Below are positions 1 through 9,438 of a stretch of DNA of 64,000 bases, piece after piece; positions within the stretch are counted from its first letter, which is position 1, and each line of letters starts with the position of its first letter. Both the position numbers and the translations under genes were made by a program. Origin of the DNA: Syntrophales bacterium (GTDB lineage: Bacteria > Desulfobacterota > Syntrophia > Syntrophales > PHBD01); contig OY764159.1 in assembly GCA_963668175.1 (NCBI GenBank), positions 2,912,001-2,976,000 on the forward strand. The letters are read 5' to 3'. The notes under the pieces were generated by a model, which was not told the DNA's origin, ran no database searches, and saw nothing but the letters and a program-made list of their open reading frames with translations.

Positions 1-199
1 AATCGATGCCGCTCTTACCGGGAATTTTCAGGTCGAGGATGATCAGGAAGGGCAAGTCGTCTTCCTTCCTGAGGTTTTCGAGTGCGATATCGCATCGTTT
101 CGCGGATGCAATCTCGAGGTCCCACCCCTTTTCCGCGAGCGCCACCCTGGTTATTTCGACATCATTGGGATTGTCGTCGATAATGAGAATCTTGTCCAT
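1..199 (-). CDS. Response regulator receiver protein, truncated by the window edge
   Basis: Manual translation from ATG at 199 gives MDKILIIDDNPNDVEITRVAL...LPFLIILDLKIPGKSGID. It has the REC acidic pair DD and a phospho-Asp (ILDLKIP). A GGAAGGA RBS lies 6 nt upstream. Confidence 0.85.
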   Translation of the reverse strand, partial: MDKILIIDDNPNDVEITRVALAEKGWDLEIASAKRCDIALENLRKEDDLPFLIILDLKIPGKSGID

Positions 200-200
200 C

Positions 201-296
201 GCTGATCCTTCCGGGCGCTGATCCTTCCGGGCACTGATCCTTCCAGGCGCTGATCCTTTTGGATACGGCCCTTTTCGGGAACTAGGCCATTCGGGC
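201..296. repeat. 16-bp tandem repeat GCTGATCCTTCCGGGC: 2 exact, 2 near-exact and 2 degenerate copies
   Basis: Units at 201-216 and 217-232 are identical. 233-248 is actgatccttccaggc and 249-264 is gctgatccttttggat; the copies decay through 296. Confidence 0.85.
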
Positions 297-520
297 CTAT
301 ACCCTGCCGGTGTTTTCCCGCGAGCCGACGTACCGTTTCCGCAATTCACCCTGACCGGCGTTTCCGCGATCGTGACGGACTTATTCCCTCCTGTTGGGGG
401 GCGGCCGCGGCTTATCGATCGCTGAGGACACATCAATCCTTGCCCTCAAACGCGTCGGCGCGTCGTTTCGTGGATGCTCCCCTGCCCCCTCCTGGCAGTA
501 TTCCCGAATTGTGTATACAA

Positions 521-549
521 CATATAGGTATAATCGTTCGGCTTGTCAA
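521..549 (-). promoter_or_regulatory. Putative sigma-70 promoter for the response regulator
   Basis: Minus strand reads TTGACA-17 nt-TATATG. Confidence 0.55.
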
Positions 550-671
550 GATAAAAGAATATTTCATCCTATTCCGAGACGGTTGTGCACACGTTTATTG
601 GAATCATTCGACGTTTGACGAGAAAGCCGGGCGTATAAGGCAAGGCAGGAGAGGAAACGGACGCAACGAGT

Positions 672-716
672 AAGGGACGCAAAGGAGAAGTCGCTCATCC
701 TTCATGCGTCCCTTTA
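672..716. terminator. Stem-loop, possible terminator downstream of the 2130->823 operon
   Basis: AAGGGACGCA/TGCGTCCCTT outer stem with an inner AAGGA/TCCTT stem. Confidence 0.4.
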
Positions 717-822
717 ATCATTTAGCGTAACAACGACAATACTCAACGCATCTTCCGACGCTGCTCCGGGTATTCCGTCGAAAACATCCGCCCGATACCT
801 TACCTTGCGGCCGGGCCGCCGA

Positions 823-1500
823 CTATTTCACCGTGTATCCCCGCCCGTCAAGGCAGGCGCTTATCGCCCGCCGATAATCGGCGTTTTTCCGGGAAAAGTC
901 GTCCCTTGTGATTCCGGCCTGCGGCATGGTCGGGTCGAACCCGGTCTGGCTCGTTGCCCAGCGGTGGCATTCATAGCGGTCGTTGGCCTGCTGCTGCTCG
1001 TTCTGCCCGTTGCGGGGATAGACATAGAGCTGCTCGGTCGGCGGCGGCGTCTGGCTGGGCGCAGCCTGGGGCGGTGAGACGACGACGTAGCCGCCCGGCG
1101 CCTGCATGTAGTAGACCTCGTTCGCGTAGTAATAGGGTACGCCCGCCACCCAGACCGTCGTGTAGTACGGCGGCAGAAACGGAACGACGACGCCGAAAGG
1201 CGGCGCGACCACCACGAAGCGTCCTCGGGCTCCCCGGTACCAGACGCCCCCTGCAAAGAAGTAGTCGACGCCGCCATAACCGAATGTGCGGTAGCCCGGA
1301 GGAAGCACGACGACGAAACCTCCCCGCGCCGGATAGAAACGGTCATGGTGAAATCGCATGTCCCGGTATTCGCCGTGATGGTGCCCCCACTCGTCGGCAC
1401 CCGCGGCCGGGGCGAACGGGAGCGGCGCTGCCGCCGCCAGGGCCGTAACGATCAACACTTTAAGGACCAGATGTATAGTCTTCTTCTTTAAATATCTCAT
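823..1500 (-). CDS. Exported protein with a DUF6515-like aromatic-rich N region and a C-terminal YP..GQ...DRYEC..WA domain
   Basis: Signal peptide, His-rich segment, YFFAGGVWY / YYYANEVYY...GYVVV repeats, a Pro-rich linker, and a C-terminal domain shared with the upstream gene. Confidence 0.75.
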   Translation of the reverse strand: MRYLKKKTIHLVLKVLIVTALAAAAPLPFAPAAGADEWGHHHGEYRDMRFHHDRFYPARGGFVVVLPPGYRTFGYGGVDYFFAGGVWYRGARGRFVVVAPPFGVVVPFLPPYYTTVWVAGVPYYYANEVYYMQAPGGYVVVSPPQAAPSQTPPPTEQLYVYPRNGQNEQQQANDRYECHRWATSQTGFDPTMPQAGITRDDFSRKNADYRRAISACLDGRGYTVK

Positions 1501-1527
1501 GGCCGAAGCCTCCCCTCATGTCCTACG

Positions 1528-2130
1528 TTAGCGTACGCTGTACCCGCGGCCTTCGAGGCAGGCGGACATCGCTCTCCGGAAGTTGGACGCGTTTTCTTCA
1601 TAACGGGCGTCAAGCGCCCGGTCCTGCCGGTTGTAGGCCTCCTCCATTTCCTGGGCGTATTGCTGACGGCTGGCGTCCGAAACGGCGCCCGTCAGACCTC
1701 CCGCCACGCCGCCGATGATCGCGCCCCCCGCGGCATTGTGCCTTCCGCCGATCAGGGCGCCCAGGACCGCGCCGGCAATGGCGAGAACGGCCGTGTCGTG
1801 CCCGGGCGGCGGCATGGGTACGACTTTGACGCGCTGCGGCTCCGGAATCGTCGACGAACTGGGATCGAAGCCCGTCTGTTTAACGGCCCAGTTGTAACAC
1901 TCATAATGGTCACGCGCCTGCTGGTCGGACGTCTGGTTCTTCAGCGGGTAGAAGTAGACCTGCGTCACCGGCTGCTTCGGCGCACTGGGCGCTGCTTCGC
2001 GATACGTCGCCGGATAGCATCCGGCGAGACCCAGCGCAATCGGGACGACCAGTATGCGTAGTCCTAATCTGCGAAACGGCCCTTTTCGCGAATGTATGCT
2101 CTTCCACGCGGGAACATATAAACCGCTCAT
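1528..2130 (-). CDS. Glycine-zipper lipoprotein
   Basis: Lipobox LAGC; GAVLGALIG...GAIIGGVAGG zipper; DHYECYNWA...ACLEGRGY domain. Confidence 0.8.
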   Translation of the reverse strand: MSGLYVPAWKSIHSRKGPFRRLGLRILVVPIALGLAGCYPATYREAAPSAPKQPVTQVYFYPLKNQTSDQQARDHYECYNWAVKQTGFDPSSSTIPEPQRVKVVPMPPPGHDTAVLAIAGAVLGALIGGRHNAAGGAIIGGVAGGLTGAVSDASRQQYAQEMEEAYNRQDRALDARYEENASNFRRAMSACLEGRGYSVR

Positions 2131-2230
2131 ATGCTTGTCTCCTTGGTTCTTTCAATTGAAAAGCTATGCGTCGTGCAGTATGCACATCCTCCCCGGCTTC
2201 CCTTTTCGCAATCCCTACATCGATATGGCG

Positions 2231-2246
2231 TGCATACGTTGTGCCA
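2231..2246 (-). promoter_or_regulatory. Sigma-54 (-24/-12) promoter
   Basis: Minus strand TGGCACAACGTATGCA (GG-N10-GC). An IHF-consensus TATCAAAGTCTTA lies at 2265-2277 and a palindrome GGATAC-N3-GTATCC at 2336-2350. Confidence 0.75.
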
Positions 2247-2486
2247 TGAGGGGTTAATAAACGTTAAGACTTTGATATTATATGGTTATATTTGGATTTT
2301 TCTTCCTGGCGGCAGGAGAGACGCAACATGGTTCCGGATACTTTGTATCCAGTATCCAGGCGATCTGTGCGAAATAAGTATCCAGCCTCCGTCGCTTTTC
2401 AGGCCGCGCGTTCAAACGGCCTGAAAAACGACGCGGCATGGCGCCTTCATGAGCGGCGAGGCGGGAGGGACGCATTTTCGCGGCCG

Positions 2487-3152
2487 TCAGCGCCCGATGG
2501 CTTTAAGGACGGCCCTGGCGACGCTCGCAGAGGACGCCGGGTTTTGCCCCGTGATGAATTTGCCGTCCGTTTCGACATGATCTGCAAAGTTGGTCCCGGC
2601 AACGAACTTCGCGCCGAGTTCCCGCAGTTTCGACTCAAGGAGAAACGGCATGTCGGCCGCCAGGTTGACGGCATGCTCTTCGGCGTCCGTGAAGGCGGTC
2701 ATGGTCCGGCCCGCCACCAGGGGCCGTCCGTCCTTCCCCTCTGCTCCGACGAATCCCGCGGGGCCGTGGCAGACGGAGGCGACGACCTTCCCGGCCGCAT
2801 CGAATGCCTTCAACAATCGCTTCAGATCGGCATCGCCGGCAAGATCGAACATCGTGCCGTGCCCGCCGGGGAGAAAAACCGCGTCGAAGTCCCCGGCGGA
2901 TACGGTCGAGAGCTTCCGGGTCTGCTCCAGGGCGACGACTGCTTCCTGCCACTTGCTCGCCTGCTCCGCCGACGGCTTGCTCCGGGGATCGACCGGTACG
3001 GGCCCTCCCTTGGGGCTTGCCACCGTCACGTCAAGTCCGCTTGTCACGAATTGCAGGTAGGGAACGGCAAACTCCTCCAGCCACAGGCCCGTCGGCTTGC
3101 CTTCTTTGATCCGGCCCGCACTGGTTACAACGATCAGGATTCTCGATGACAT
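2487..3152 (-). CDS. DJ-1/PfpI family type 1 glutamine amidotransferase-like protein (Hsp31/glyoxalase III-like)
   Basis: TGLWLEEF, PGGHG, SVCHGP (nucleophile Cys) and ITGQNPAS motifs. Start placed at MSSRILIVV. Confidence 0.9.
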   Translation of the reverse strand: MSSRILIVVTSAGRIKEGKPTGLWLEEFAVPYLQFVTSGLDVTVASPKGGPVPVDPRSKPSAEQASKWQEAVVALEQTRKLSTVSAGDFDAVFLPGGHGTMFDLAGDADLKRLLKAFDAAGKVVASVCHGPAGFVGAEGKDGRPLVAGRTMTAFTDAEEHAVNLAADMPFLLESKLRELGAKFVAGTNFADHVETDGKFITGQNPASSASVARAVLKAIGR

Positions 3153-3199
3153 ATTCAACCTCTCAGGATGCGTGGAAGATTCGCCCGGCAATCCGGGCG

Positions 3200-3439
3200 T
3201 CAATTTTGGAAACCGAAGTAAAAAAGAACAAAAACGGTATAGCCCAGAAGAAAGAGCACGCCGAGCAAGAGCGAGAAGCTTTCCTTAATGTCGTCAAAGG
3301 CCGTCCCGTCCGGGGATACCCGTTCGAACAGCCTCCGCTTGAATAGACCGCAGGCCTCGCCGCAGAAATCTGCTGCATCCAGCACACCGAACATCGCGGG
3401 AATGAGGGCTCTCCCGATCCAGCCAACCTTGGTCGTCAT
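3200..3439 (-). CDS. Small hypothetical membrane protein
   Basis: 79-aa ORF with a hydrophobic C-terminal helix and a purine-rich upstream sequence. Confidence 0.4.
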   Translation of the reverse strand: MTTKVGWIGRALIPAMFGVLDAADFCGEACGLFKRRLFERVSPDGTAFDDIKESFSLLLGVLFLLGYTVFVLFYFGFQN

Positions 3440-4050
3440 GAATCCCCTACCCTTTTCATGGCAGACGCTTCTCAGGGTTTCCGCTGTCCCGCTCCGGCCT
3501 GGCAGGCGTTGCTTCGCGTTCCATGAAACCTGTATCACGGCTGCATCTTAACGGCGGAGCAGGCCGCGTGCAATGTCAGTTGATTGAGAGACGATTGGTA
3601 GGACCGGGATACCCGTCCTTCTCCGCCTGTCCTTCCCGGAAACGCCGGAATTGTCCCTTGGATCATGCCCGACGGGAGGCCCTTTCGGTCGTCGCAAAAA
3701 ATTAACTTCCCGATCGTGAACGAAACCGCAATCCCTTATGTAACACGTCATGGATTAACGCTTATATCAACGTATAATATAAGTTCTCTTGTGAATAACC
3801 GGCATACGGATCACGCTGCGCGATGATGCCTTGCGTTCGGATGTATTGCTTCGGAGGCATATTTGTCTTGACATCGAAGAGACTTCCGCCTATTGCCATA
3901 GGCGCTTGGTGTTGGAGTCCGTTCCCCGGGCGTGGGGGGCGGCCGGTGACAACGTCGAGCATGGGGGAGATATGCAGGCGCATGACGCGGCGCGGCCCCA
4001 TCCCTTCCGGGAGAAATCAACTGCGACATTCCAATACCTAAGGAGGAGAT

Positions 4051-5076
4051 ATGTTTCACGAAGAGCGATGCGATTTCTGCGGTGAGTGTCTGGCGAAGTG
4101 TCATTACCTGCCCTTCGACAAGGAGAGCGGCGGCAAGGCGTTTGCGGACCTGGTCAAAAACGGCAAGGCCGACTGGCTTTTCGATTGCGTGACCTGCATT
4201 GCCTGCAACGAATTCTGTCCCAAGGACGCCAGGCCTTTCGACCTGATCCTGAAGAAAATGGAAGAGGCGGGCAACTTCACCGACCCGGCCCTCCGCGCCC
4301 AGATGGCGGACCGATTCAAATCAGAAGGCGAACCCAAACCGGTGCCCAAGGCCGACCGGGCCATGTCCGTATGCGTCATGGAAGGCAGCATGCCCTGGGC
4401 GATCCAGGGAAAGCTCTTCGAAGGGCTGCCGCTTCTCAAAGGACGCCACTATTTCTGCAACGTCCTGTTCGCCCATATGGGCGACGAATCGATCATGCGG
4501 GACCGCCTGCACGTCATGGTGGACAACCTGGCCAAATCGGGTGCGAAGGAAATTGTCTTCGTCCATGACGACTGCTATGCCGTCCTCAAGGGTATGGCCC
4601 CCGAATTCGGCGTCGCCCTTCCCTTCCGGCCTGTTTCCATGTTCGAATATCTCCGGGATTATCTCAAGGAACACAGAAGCGATATCAAAAAACTGAACAT
4701 CAAGGCGGCCTACCAGCGGCCATGCGCCTCCCGGTACACGCCGGAGAAGGACGCCTTCCTCGACGAGATATTCGAGCTTATCGGCGTCGAGCACGTCCGC
4801 CGGCAGTACGACGGCGTCAACGCCATTTGCTGCGGCGTGGAACTCGCCGGGCCGAACCTCAAGCTTTTCCCCCGGGGCAAGAATTTCGAGCCTTTCCGGG
4901 ACAAGAACGTACAGGATGCCGCCTCCTCCGGCGCCGAGGCGATGGTCTATCTCTGCCCCATGTGCTTCCGCACCCTGGGCAAGAAGGTCAAGGGCGCAGG
5001 ACTCGCGAATTACATGATCAGCGACCTCTGCCGTCTGGCACTCGGTGAAACCCTGCCCGACGACAAGCCTTTTTAA
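4051..5076 (+). CDS. Fe-S binding protein with CCG domains (HdrD/GlpC-like)
   Basis: CDFCGECLAKC and CVTCIACNEFCP 4Fe-4S motifs; YQRPC, CCG and CPMC motifs; AGGAGG RBS. Confidence 0.9.
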   Translation: MFHEERCDFCGECLAKCHYLPFDKESGGKAFADLVKNGKADWLFDCVTCIACNEFCPKDARPFDLILKKMEEAGNFTDPALRAQMADRFKSEGEPKPVPKADRAMSVCVMEGSMPWAIQGKLFEGLPLLKGRHYFCNVLFAHMGDESIMRDRLHVMVDNLAKSGAKEIVFVHDDCYAVLKGMAPEFGVALPFRPVSMFEYLRDYLKEHRSDIKKLNIKAAYQRPCASRYTPEKDAFLDEIFELIGVEHVRRQYDGVNAICCGVELAGPNLKLFPRGKNFEPFRDKNVQDAASSGAEAMVYLCPMCFRTLGKKVKGAGLANYMISDLCRLALGETLPDDKPF

Positions 5077-5196
5077 TCCTCCAGTGTTTGTGACGCCGTC
5101 GCAACAGACAACGCAGGTGTCCGGCCTGGTGAAATATAAAGGGACCGAACCCGAAAATGGCCGATCCCGGAAAAGAGAGGAAAGTCAATAGAAATA

Positions 5197-5667
5197 ATGG
5201 AAGAAAAAGCTTTTCAGGACTATTACCCGGACGAATACGCCCACTGTTTCGGCTGCGGGCGGCTCAATAAAGACGGACTCCATCTCAAAAGCTACTGGGA
5301 CGGCGAAGAAAGCGTCTGCCGCTATACGCCGCCGTCGCAATTTACAGGGGGGGTCCCCCACAACCTCTACGGGGGCATGATCGCCTCCCTGATGGACTGC
5401 CATTCGGCCGCCACGGCCTCCGCGGCCAAACAGCGCGAGGAAGGGCTGTCTCCCGAGGGCAAACCCCTTTCCCGTTATGTCACGGCTTCGCTCAAGGTCG
5501 ATTTCCTGAAGCCGACGCCCATGAACACGGAACTTGAGCTTCGTGCCGTGATCAAGGAGATGAAGGAGAGAAAGACCATCATATCCGTCACCCTGACCGC
5601 GGGAGAACTTGTCTGCGCCCGGGGCGAGGTTGTGCTGGTGCAGCTTCCCGCAAGCAAGGTTTCATAA
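5197..5667 (+). CDS. PaaI family (hotdog-fold) thioesterase
   Basis: CFGCG, LYGGMIASLMDCHS and VTASLKVDFLKP motifs. Confidence 0.88.
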   Translation: MEEKAFQDYYPDEYAHCFGCGRLNKDGLHLKSYWDGEESVCRYTPPSQFTGGVPHNLYGGMIASLMDCHSAATASAAKQREEGLSPEGKPLSRYVTASLKVDFLKPTPMNTELELRAVIKEMKERKTIISVTLTAGELVCARGEVVLVQLPASKVS

Positions 5668-5716
5668 GCGCGGCCGGTTGCGTCACTTGGATTTCTTTTG
5701 ATGTTTTGGAAACGTC

Positions 5717-6472
5717 TTACGACGACGGCAGGGAAAACTGTATTTCCACGCGGCGGTTCCTGAGCCGGTCTTCGCTGTTTGCATTGTCCCGCGTCGGACG
5801 GTACTCGGCAAAGCCCCGCGTCGAGACATCTTCGGGCGGAACGCCCATCGCCACGAGGGCCTTGGCGACCTGCGTCGCCCGGTCGGCGGAAAGTTCCCAG
5901 TTGGAGGCGTAGCGCCTGTTGTGGATGGGCCGGTCGTCCGTGTGCCCCTGGATTTCAACCAGCAGGCCGCGGTGGCCGGCGATGAATGCAGCAACTTTCG
6001 AAAGAATCGGCCGGACCGATCCCTTCAGGTCGGACTTGCCGGTATCGAAGACGATGTTTTCGGGAAAGGTCAGAACGACGTGCTGGAGGCGGCGTTCCAC
6101 CGTCACGTCCTGCCGTCCGTTTTCGGCGACGATCACGGCCGCCAGGTCTTTCGCTAGGCTGTCCACTTTTTCATTCCGGGACGACATGTCCACGGGCGCC
6201 TGCTCCCCCGCGTGCTGCACGACGGCGGGAATTACGGCCGGCTCCGTTTTCGCCGCAGGTTTCGCCCCGGGCTGGACGCTCCGCTGAAAAAACGGCAGGG
6301 CAAAGAGCAGGACGAAGAAGATCAGAAGGAGCATGAGGAGATCGCTCAGGGTGAGAAGCCAGATCTCGTTGCTCGTATTGCCCGACTCCTTCGCCTTTCC
6401 GATCGTCCGCAGGGGTTTCGTCGACTTGCGGATCGGCAGCTGACGGATCGAATCTCCCGGTAGTTGCGGCAT
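5717..6472 (-). CDS. motB: Flagellar stator protein MotB/PomB (OmpA-like C-terminal domain)
   Basis: TM WLLTLSDLLMLLLIFFVLL with the conserved Asp; GHTDD, SNWELSADRA and NRRVEI motifs. Confidence 0.9.
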   Translation of the reverse strand: MPQLPGDSIRQLPIRKSTKPLRTIGKAKESGNTSNEIWLLTLSDLLMLLLIFFVLLFALPFFQRSVQPGAKPAAKTEPAVIPAVVQHAGEQAPVDMSSRNEKVDSLAKDLAAVIVAENGRQDVTVERRLQHVVLTFPENIVFDTGKSDLKGSVRPILSKVAAFIAGHRGLLVEIQGHTDDRPIHNRRYASNWELSADRATQVAKALVAMGVPPEDVSTRGFAEYRPTRDNANSEDRLRNRRVEIQFSLPSS

Positions 6473-6477
6473 CTGTC

Positions 6478-7296
6478 CTATCCGTGCCTCAGGCTGGCCG
6501 CTCTAAGAGGCGTTTCCACCAGTTCCGGCCGGGTCGTGTAAGGTTCCGCCTGGATGCCCGCCAGCGTTTCGAGTTTGTACTGAATTGCCCGGGGGTGTTC
6601 CTGATCGTAGATGTCCAGAATCCCTTCCTGGATCATTTCCATCCTGAGGAGGTCCTCGTCCATGTATTCCCTGAGTTTGTTGGACAGGGGCACGAAGATG
6701 ACGTTCGCCAGGACGACGCCGTAGAAGGTGCTGAGAAGCGCCACCGCCATGTAGCCGATCAGGTTTTCGGGGTTGCCGATATTGATGTGTCCGAAGGTAC
6801 GGATGAGGTTGACGACCGTTCCCGCAAGCCCCATGGCGGGCGCCAGCCGTGCCATGCTGGAGAGGATCTTGTGGGCCGATTCGTACTGGCCGTACGCGGA
6901 CAGGGCCTCCTTGTGGAGGATCTGCTCGATGTTCTCCCTGTTGAATTGATAGACGATGAGTCCCACTCCCGTATTGATCAGGCCCGGGGGCAGATGCTCG
7001 CATTCGTCTTCCAGGGAGCGCACGCCTCCCTTCTTGTTGACCCTGGCAAGCTTGACGATCGTCTGGATCGTGCTCTCCAGTTCTCTCTCCTTCTTAAACG
7101 ATAATTTGATGAACTTTCCCGTCATGACCAGTTTGTTCAACGGATAGGCAAGAAGGGTGGCCAGGAAGGTCCCGCCGAGGACGATCATAATGGCGTTAAG
7201 ATTGGAAGCGAATCCCAGTTGGGTCACTTCCAGGTTGAACGCCGCCAGGAATATTGCTATTAAAACGAGGAACGTGCATACGGTCTGTAAAATCAT
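6478..7296 (-). CDS. motA: Flagellar stator protein MotA/PomA
   Basis: IVLGGT, LAPAMGLAGTV and ALLSTFYGVVLAN..FVPL motifs; lies directly upstream of motB. Confidence 0.9.
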   Translation of the reverse strand: MILQTVCTFLVLIAIFLAAFNLEVTQLGFASNLNAIMIVLGGTFLATLLAYPLNKLVMTGKFIKLSFKKERELESTIQTIVKLARVNKKGGVRSLEDECEHLPPGLINTGVGLIVYQFNRENIEQILHKEALSAYGQYESAHKILSSMARLAPAMGLAGTVVNLIRTFGHINIGNPENLIGYMAVALLSTFYGVVLANVIFVPLSNKLREYMDEDLLRMEMIQEGILDIYDQEHPRAIQYKLETLAGIQAEPYTTRPELVETPLRAASLRHG

Positions 7297-7336
7297 GATG
7301 GCCCTCCCGGTGATGATCTATTGTTGACGTTAATAT

Positions 7337-7352
7337 AGCAGGACTTGTGCCA
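7337..7352 (-). promoter_or_regulatory. Sigma-54 promoter for motAB
   Basis: Minus strand TGGCACAAGTCCTGCT (GG-N10-GC), about 40 bp upstream of the motA ATG. A GGCAATTTTTGCC palindrome at 7457-7469 is a candidate UAS. Confidence 0.75.
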
Positions 7353-7798
7353 GTACCGGCGCATCGCGGCTGGCAACATAACGTGCCGTTATTACGTAAC
7401 AATAAATCTCTTTACCAACACAACTCTTTCCGTTCATTCCCGCCGGCCGCCGAACGGGCAATTTTTGCCGGGTTTCGGCACGGCGAGGCAAGAAGAAAAG
7501 ACACATCATCATCTGCTTCTATTCCATCATTATGTCGCATCTTTTCAACTATTTGTAACTTTCAACCTGTACCAAGACATTCTTGCATGAAGCCATTGCC
7601 TGCGGCGCGATTCTATGCAAAGATAAAATATTCAGAAATAAGAATTTTTATGTTGTAAATGTAGTCGATAAAGTTGTATACAATAAAACATACTTCCCTG
7701 GGAACAATACACGCTCTTCTAAGAGACCTGTTTCGGGCGCACCCTATAGGTACATCCGTCGTTGGATCTGTATGTGAGAGGGAAAGGATCTTTGAACA

Positions 7799-9208
7799 TT
7801 GACCACGTTATTCCGCAACATCTTGATTTTCATGTCAGTATTGTTCTTTGTACCGGACGTAAGTTACGCATTCGAATATAGCGTCATGCCGGTAAACCCG
7901 GTGATGACGTTACCCTTCGTACTGCTTCTGCTCGCCATTGCCCTCATGCCGTTCATCAACGGCGGGTGGTGGGAACATCACTACCCGGCCGTATCCCTTT
8001 CCCTGGGGGGCGTGTCGCTGGCCTACTATCTCTTTTTCCTGAACAACGGCATGCGCATGGCGGCGACGGGTCTCGAATACGTCAGTTTCATCGCCCTGAT
8101 CGGCTCCCTCTTCGTCGTTTCCGGAGGCATCCACATCCGCATCAAGGGGAGATCGACGCCGCTGGCCAACGTCGCACTCCTGGGGATAGGCGCCGTCATT
8201 TCGAACCTCCTCGGCACGACGGGCGCTTCCATGATCCTCATCCGGCCTTACATACGGGTCAACAAATACCGGATCACGGGCTACCATGTCGTCTTTTTCA
8301 TTTTCATCATTTCCAATATCGGGGGGCTGCTCACGCCGATCGGCGATCCGCCTCTTTTTCTGGGATATCTTAAAGGCGTCCCCTTCTTCTGGGTTATCGG
8401 CCGCGTCTGGATTATCTGGCTCGTAGCCGTGGCGGCCACTCTTCTCGTCTTCTTCGCGATCGATACGTACTATTTCCGGAAACTGCCGGATGTCCTCGAA
8501 CACGAGGTCGAAGATGAAGGAGAGCACGCCTTCATCCAAGGTCTGCACAACGTCATCTTTCTCGTCGTCATCATCGGCGCAGTCTTTCTCCCGGAACCGA
8601 TCCGCGAGCTGATCATGATCGGAGCCGCCGTAGCCAGTTATTTCACAACGAAAAAACAGGTTCATGAAATGAACAGGTTCAACTTCGGGCCGATCAGGGA
8701 AGTGGCGATCCTCTTCGCGGGAATATTCGCCACCATGGTCCCCGCGCTGGATTGGCTGGAGCTGAATGCCGGAAAGATCGGCGTTACGTCGCCGGGTCAT
8801 TTCTACTGGTGCTCGGGAGCCCTTTCCAGCTTCCTGGACAACGCCCCGACGTACCTGAACTTCCTGACGGCATCGTTCGGCCTCCATGGACTCAGCATTG
8901 AAAATTCGCTTCATATGAAGGCCATGCTCGGCGATTTCGCCAGTATCGAAGCCGTCAAAACGGCCGCATCTTCGAGCGCGGTCGTGGCGGTTTCGTCGGA
9001 ATCTTGGCGTTACATCCAGGCGATCTCGGCCGGCTCGGTGTTGTTCGGCGCGATGACCTATATCGGCAACGGGCCCAATTTCATGGTCAAGGCCATAGCC
9101 GAGCATGACGGCGTCAAGATGCCGCTGTTTGTCGAATACATCGTCAAGTATTCGCTGCCGTTCCTGCTTCCGGTTTTCTTTCTTATCTGGTTTCTTTTCT
9201 TCCGGTAA
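7799..9208 (+). CDS. Putative sodium:proton antiporter (ion transporter superfamily)
   Basis: Multi-TM protein with SNIGGLLTPIGDPPL, SSFLDNAPTY and YIGNGPNFMVK motifs; TTG start. Confidence 0.82.
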   Translation: MTTLFRNILIFMSVLFFVPDVSYAFEYSVMPVNPVMTLPFVLLLLAIALMPFINGGWWEHHYPAVSLSLGGVSLAYYLFFLNNGMRMAATGLEYVSFIALIGSLFVVSGGIHIRIKGRSTPLANVALLGIGAVISNLLGTTGASMILIRPYIRVNKYRITGYHVVFFIFIISNIGGLLTPIGDPPLFLGYLKGVPFFWVIGRVWIIWLVAVAATLLVFFAIDTYYFRKLPDVLEHEVEDEGEHAFIQGLHNVIFLVVIIGAVFLPEPIRELIMIGAAVASYFTTKKQVHEMNRFNFGPIREVAILFAGIFATMVPALDWLELNAGKIGVTSPGHFYWCSGALSSFLDNAPTYLNFLTASFGLHGLSIENSLHMKAMLGDFASIEAVKTAASSSAVVAVSSESWRYIQAISAGSVLFGAMTYIGNGPNFMVKAIAEHDGVKMPLFVEYIVKYSLPFLLPVFFLIWFLFFR

Positions 9209-9438
9209 GAGAAGCAGATGCAAAGGCTGAACGTTTCTCTCCACACCGCCGTCCGTAAACAGGATATGATTCGCCGTGGACTGGCGTAAAGGGAAACGGA
9301 CATCGTAAAAAGGGACACACGGGGGTTGACTGAACCCCGTCGGGATTGGATGTTGACCGGCGCATGGCAGAAGCCGAGGCAGGGGTATCCCTTACGTCCG
9401 CCTACTCCCCGAGGAACGGGATGGCCGGGCGTCCCGCG

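Noticed and set aside
201..296. Possible CRISPR array
   Set aside because: The 16-bp units are contiguous with no spacers, and there are no cas genes.
734..780. CGACAATACTCAAC resembles the 5' end of Geobacter-type cyclic-dinucleotide (GEMM-I) riboswitches, and GGGACGCAAAG occurs at 674
   Set aside because: There is no GNRA-capped P2 or matching P3, the elements are in the wrong order, and there is no downstream gene on that strand. It is only a simple hairpin.
3558..3573. Sigma-54-like TTGCACGCGGCCTGCT upstream of the small membrane ORF
   Set aside because: The invariant -24 GG is TG here.
5717..7296. Zorya ZorAB anti-phage system
   Set aside because: MotA is normal length with no long ZorA tail, and no zorC/D/E genes are adjacent.
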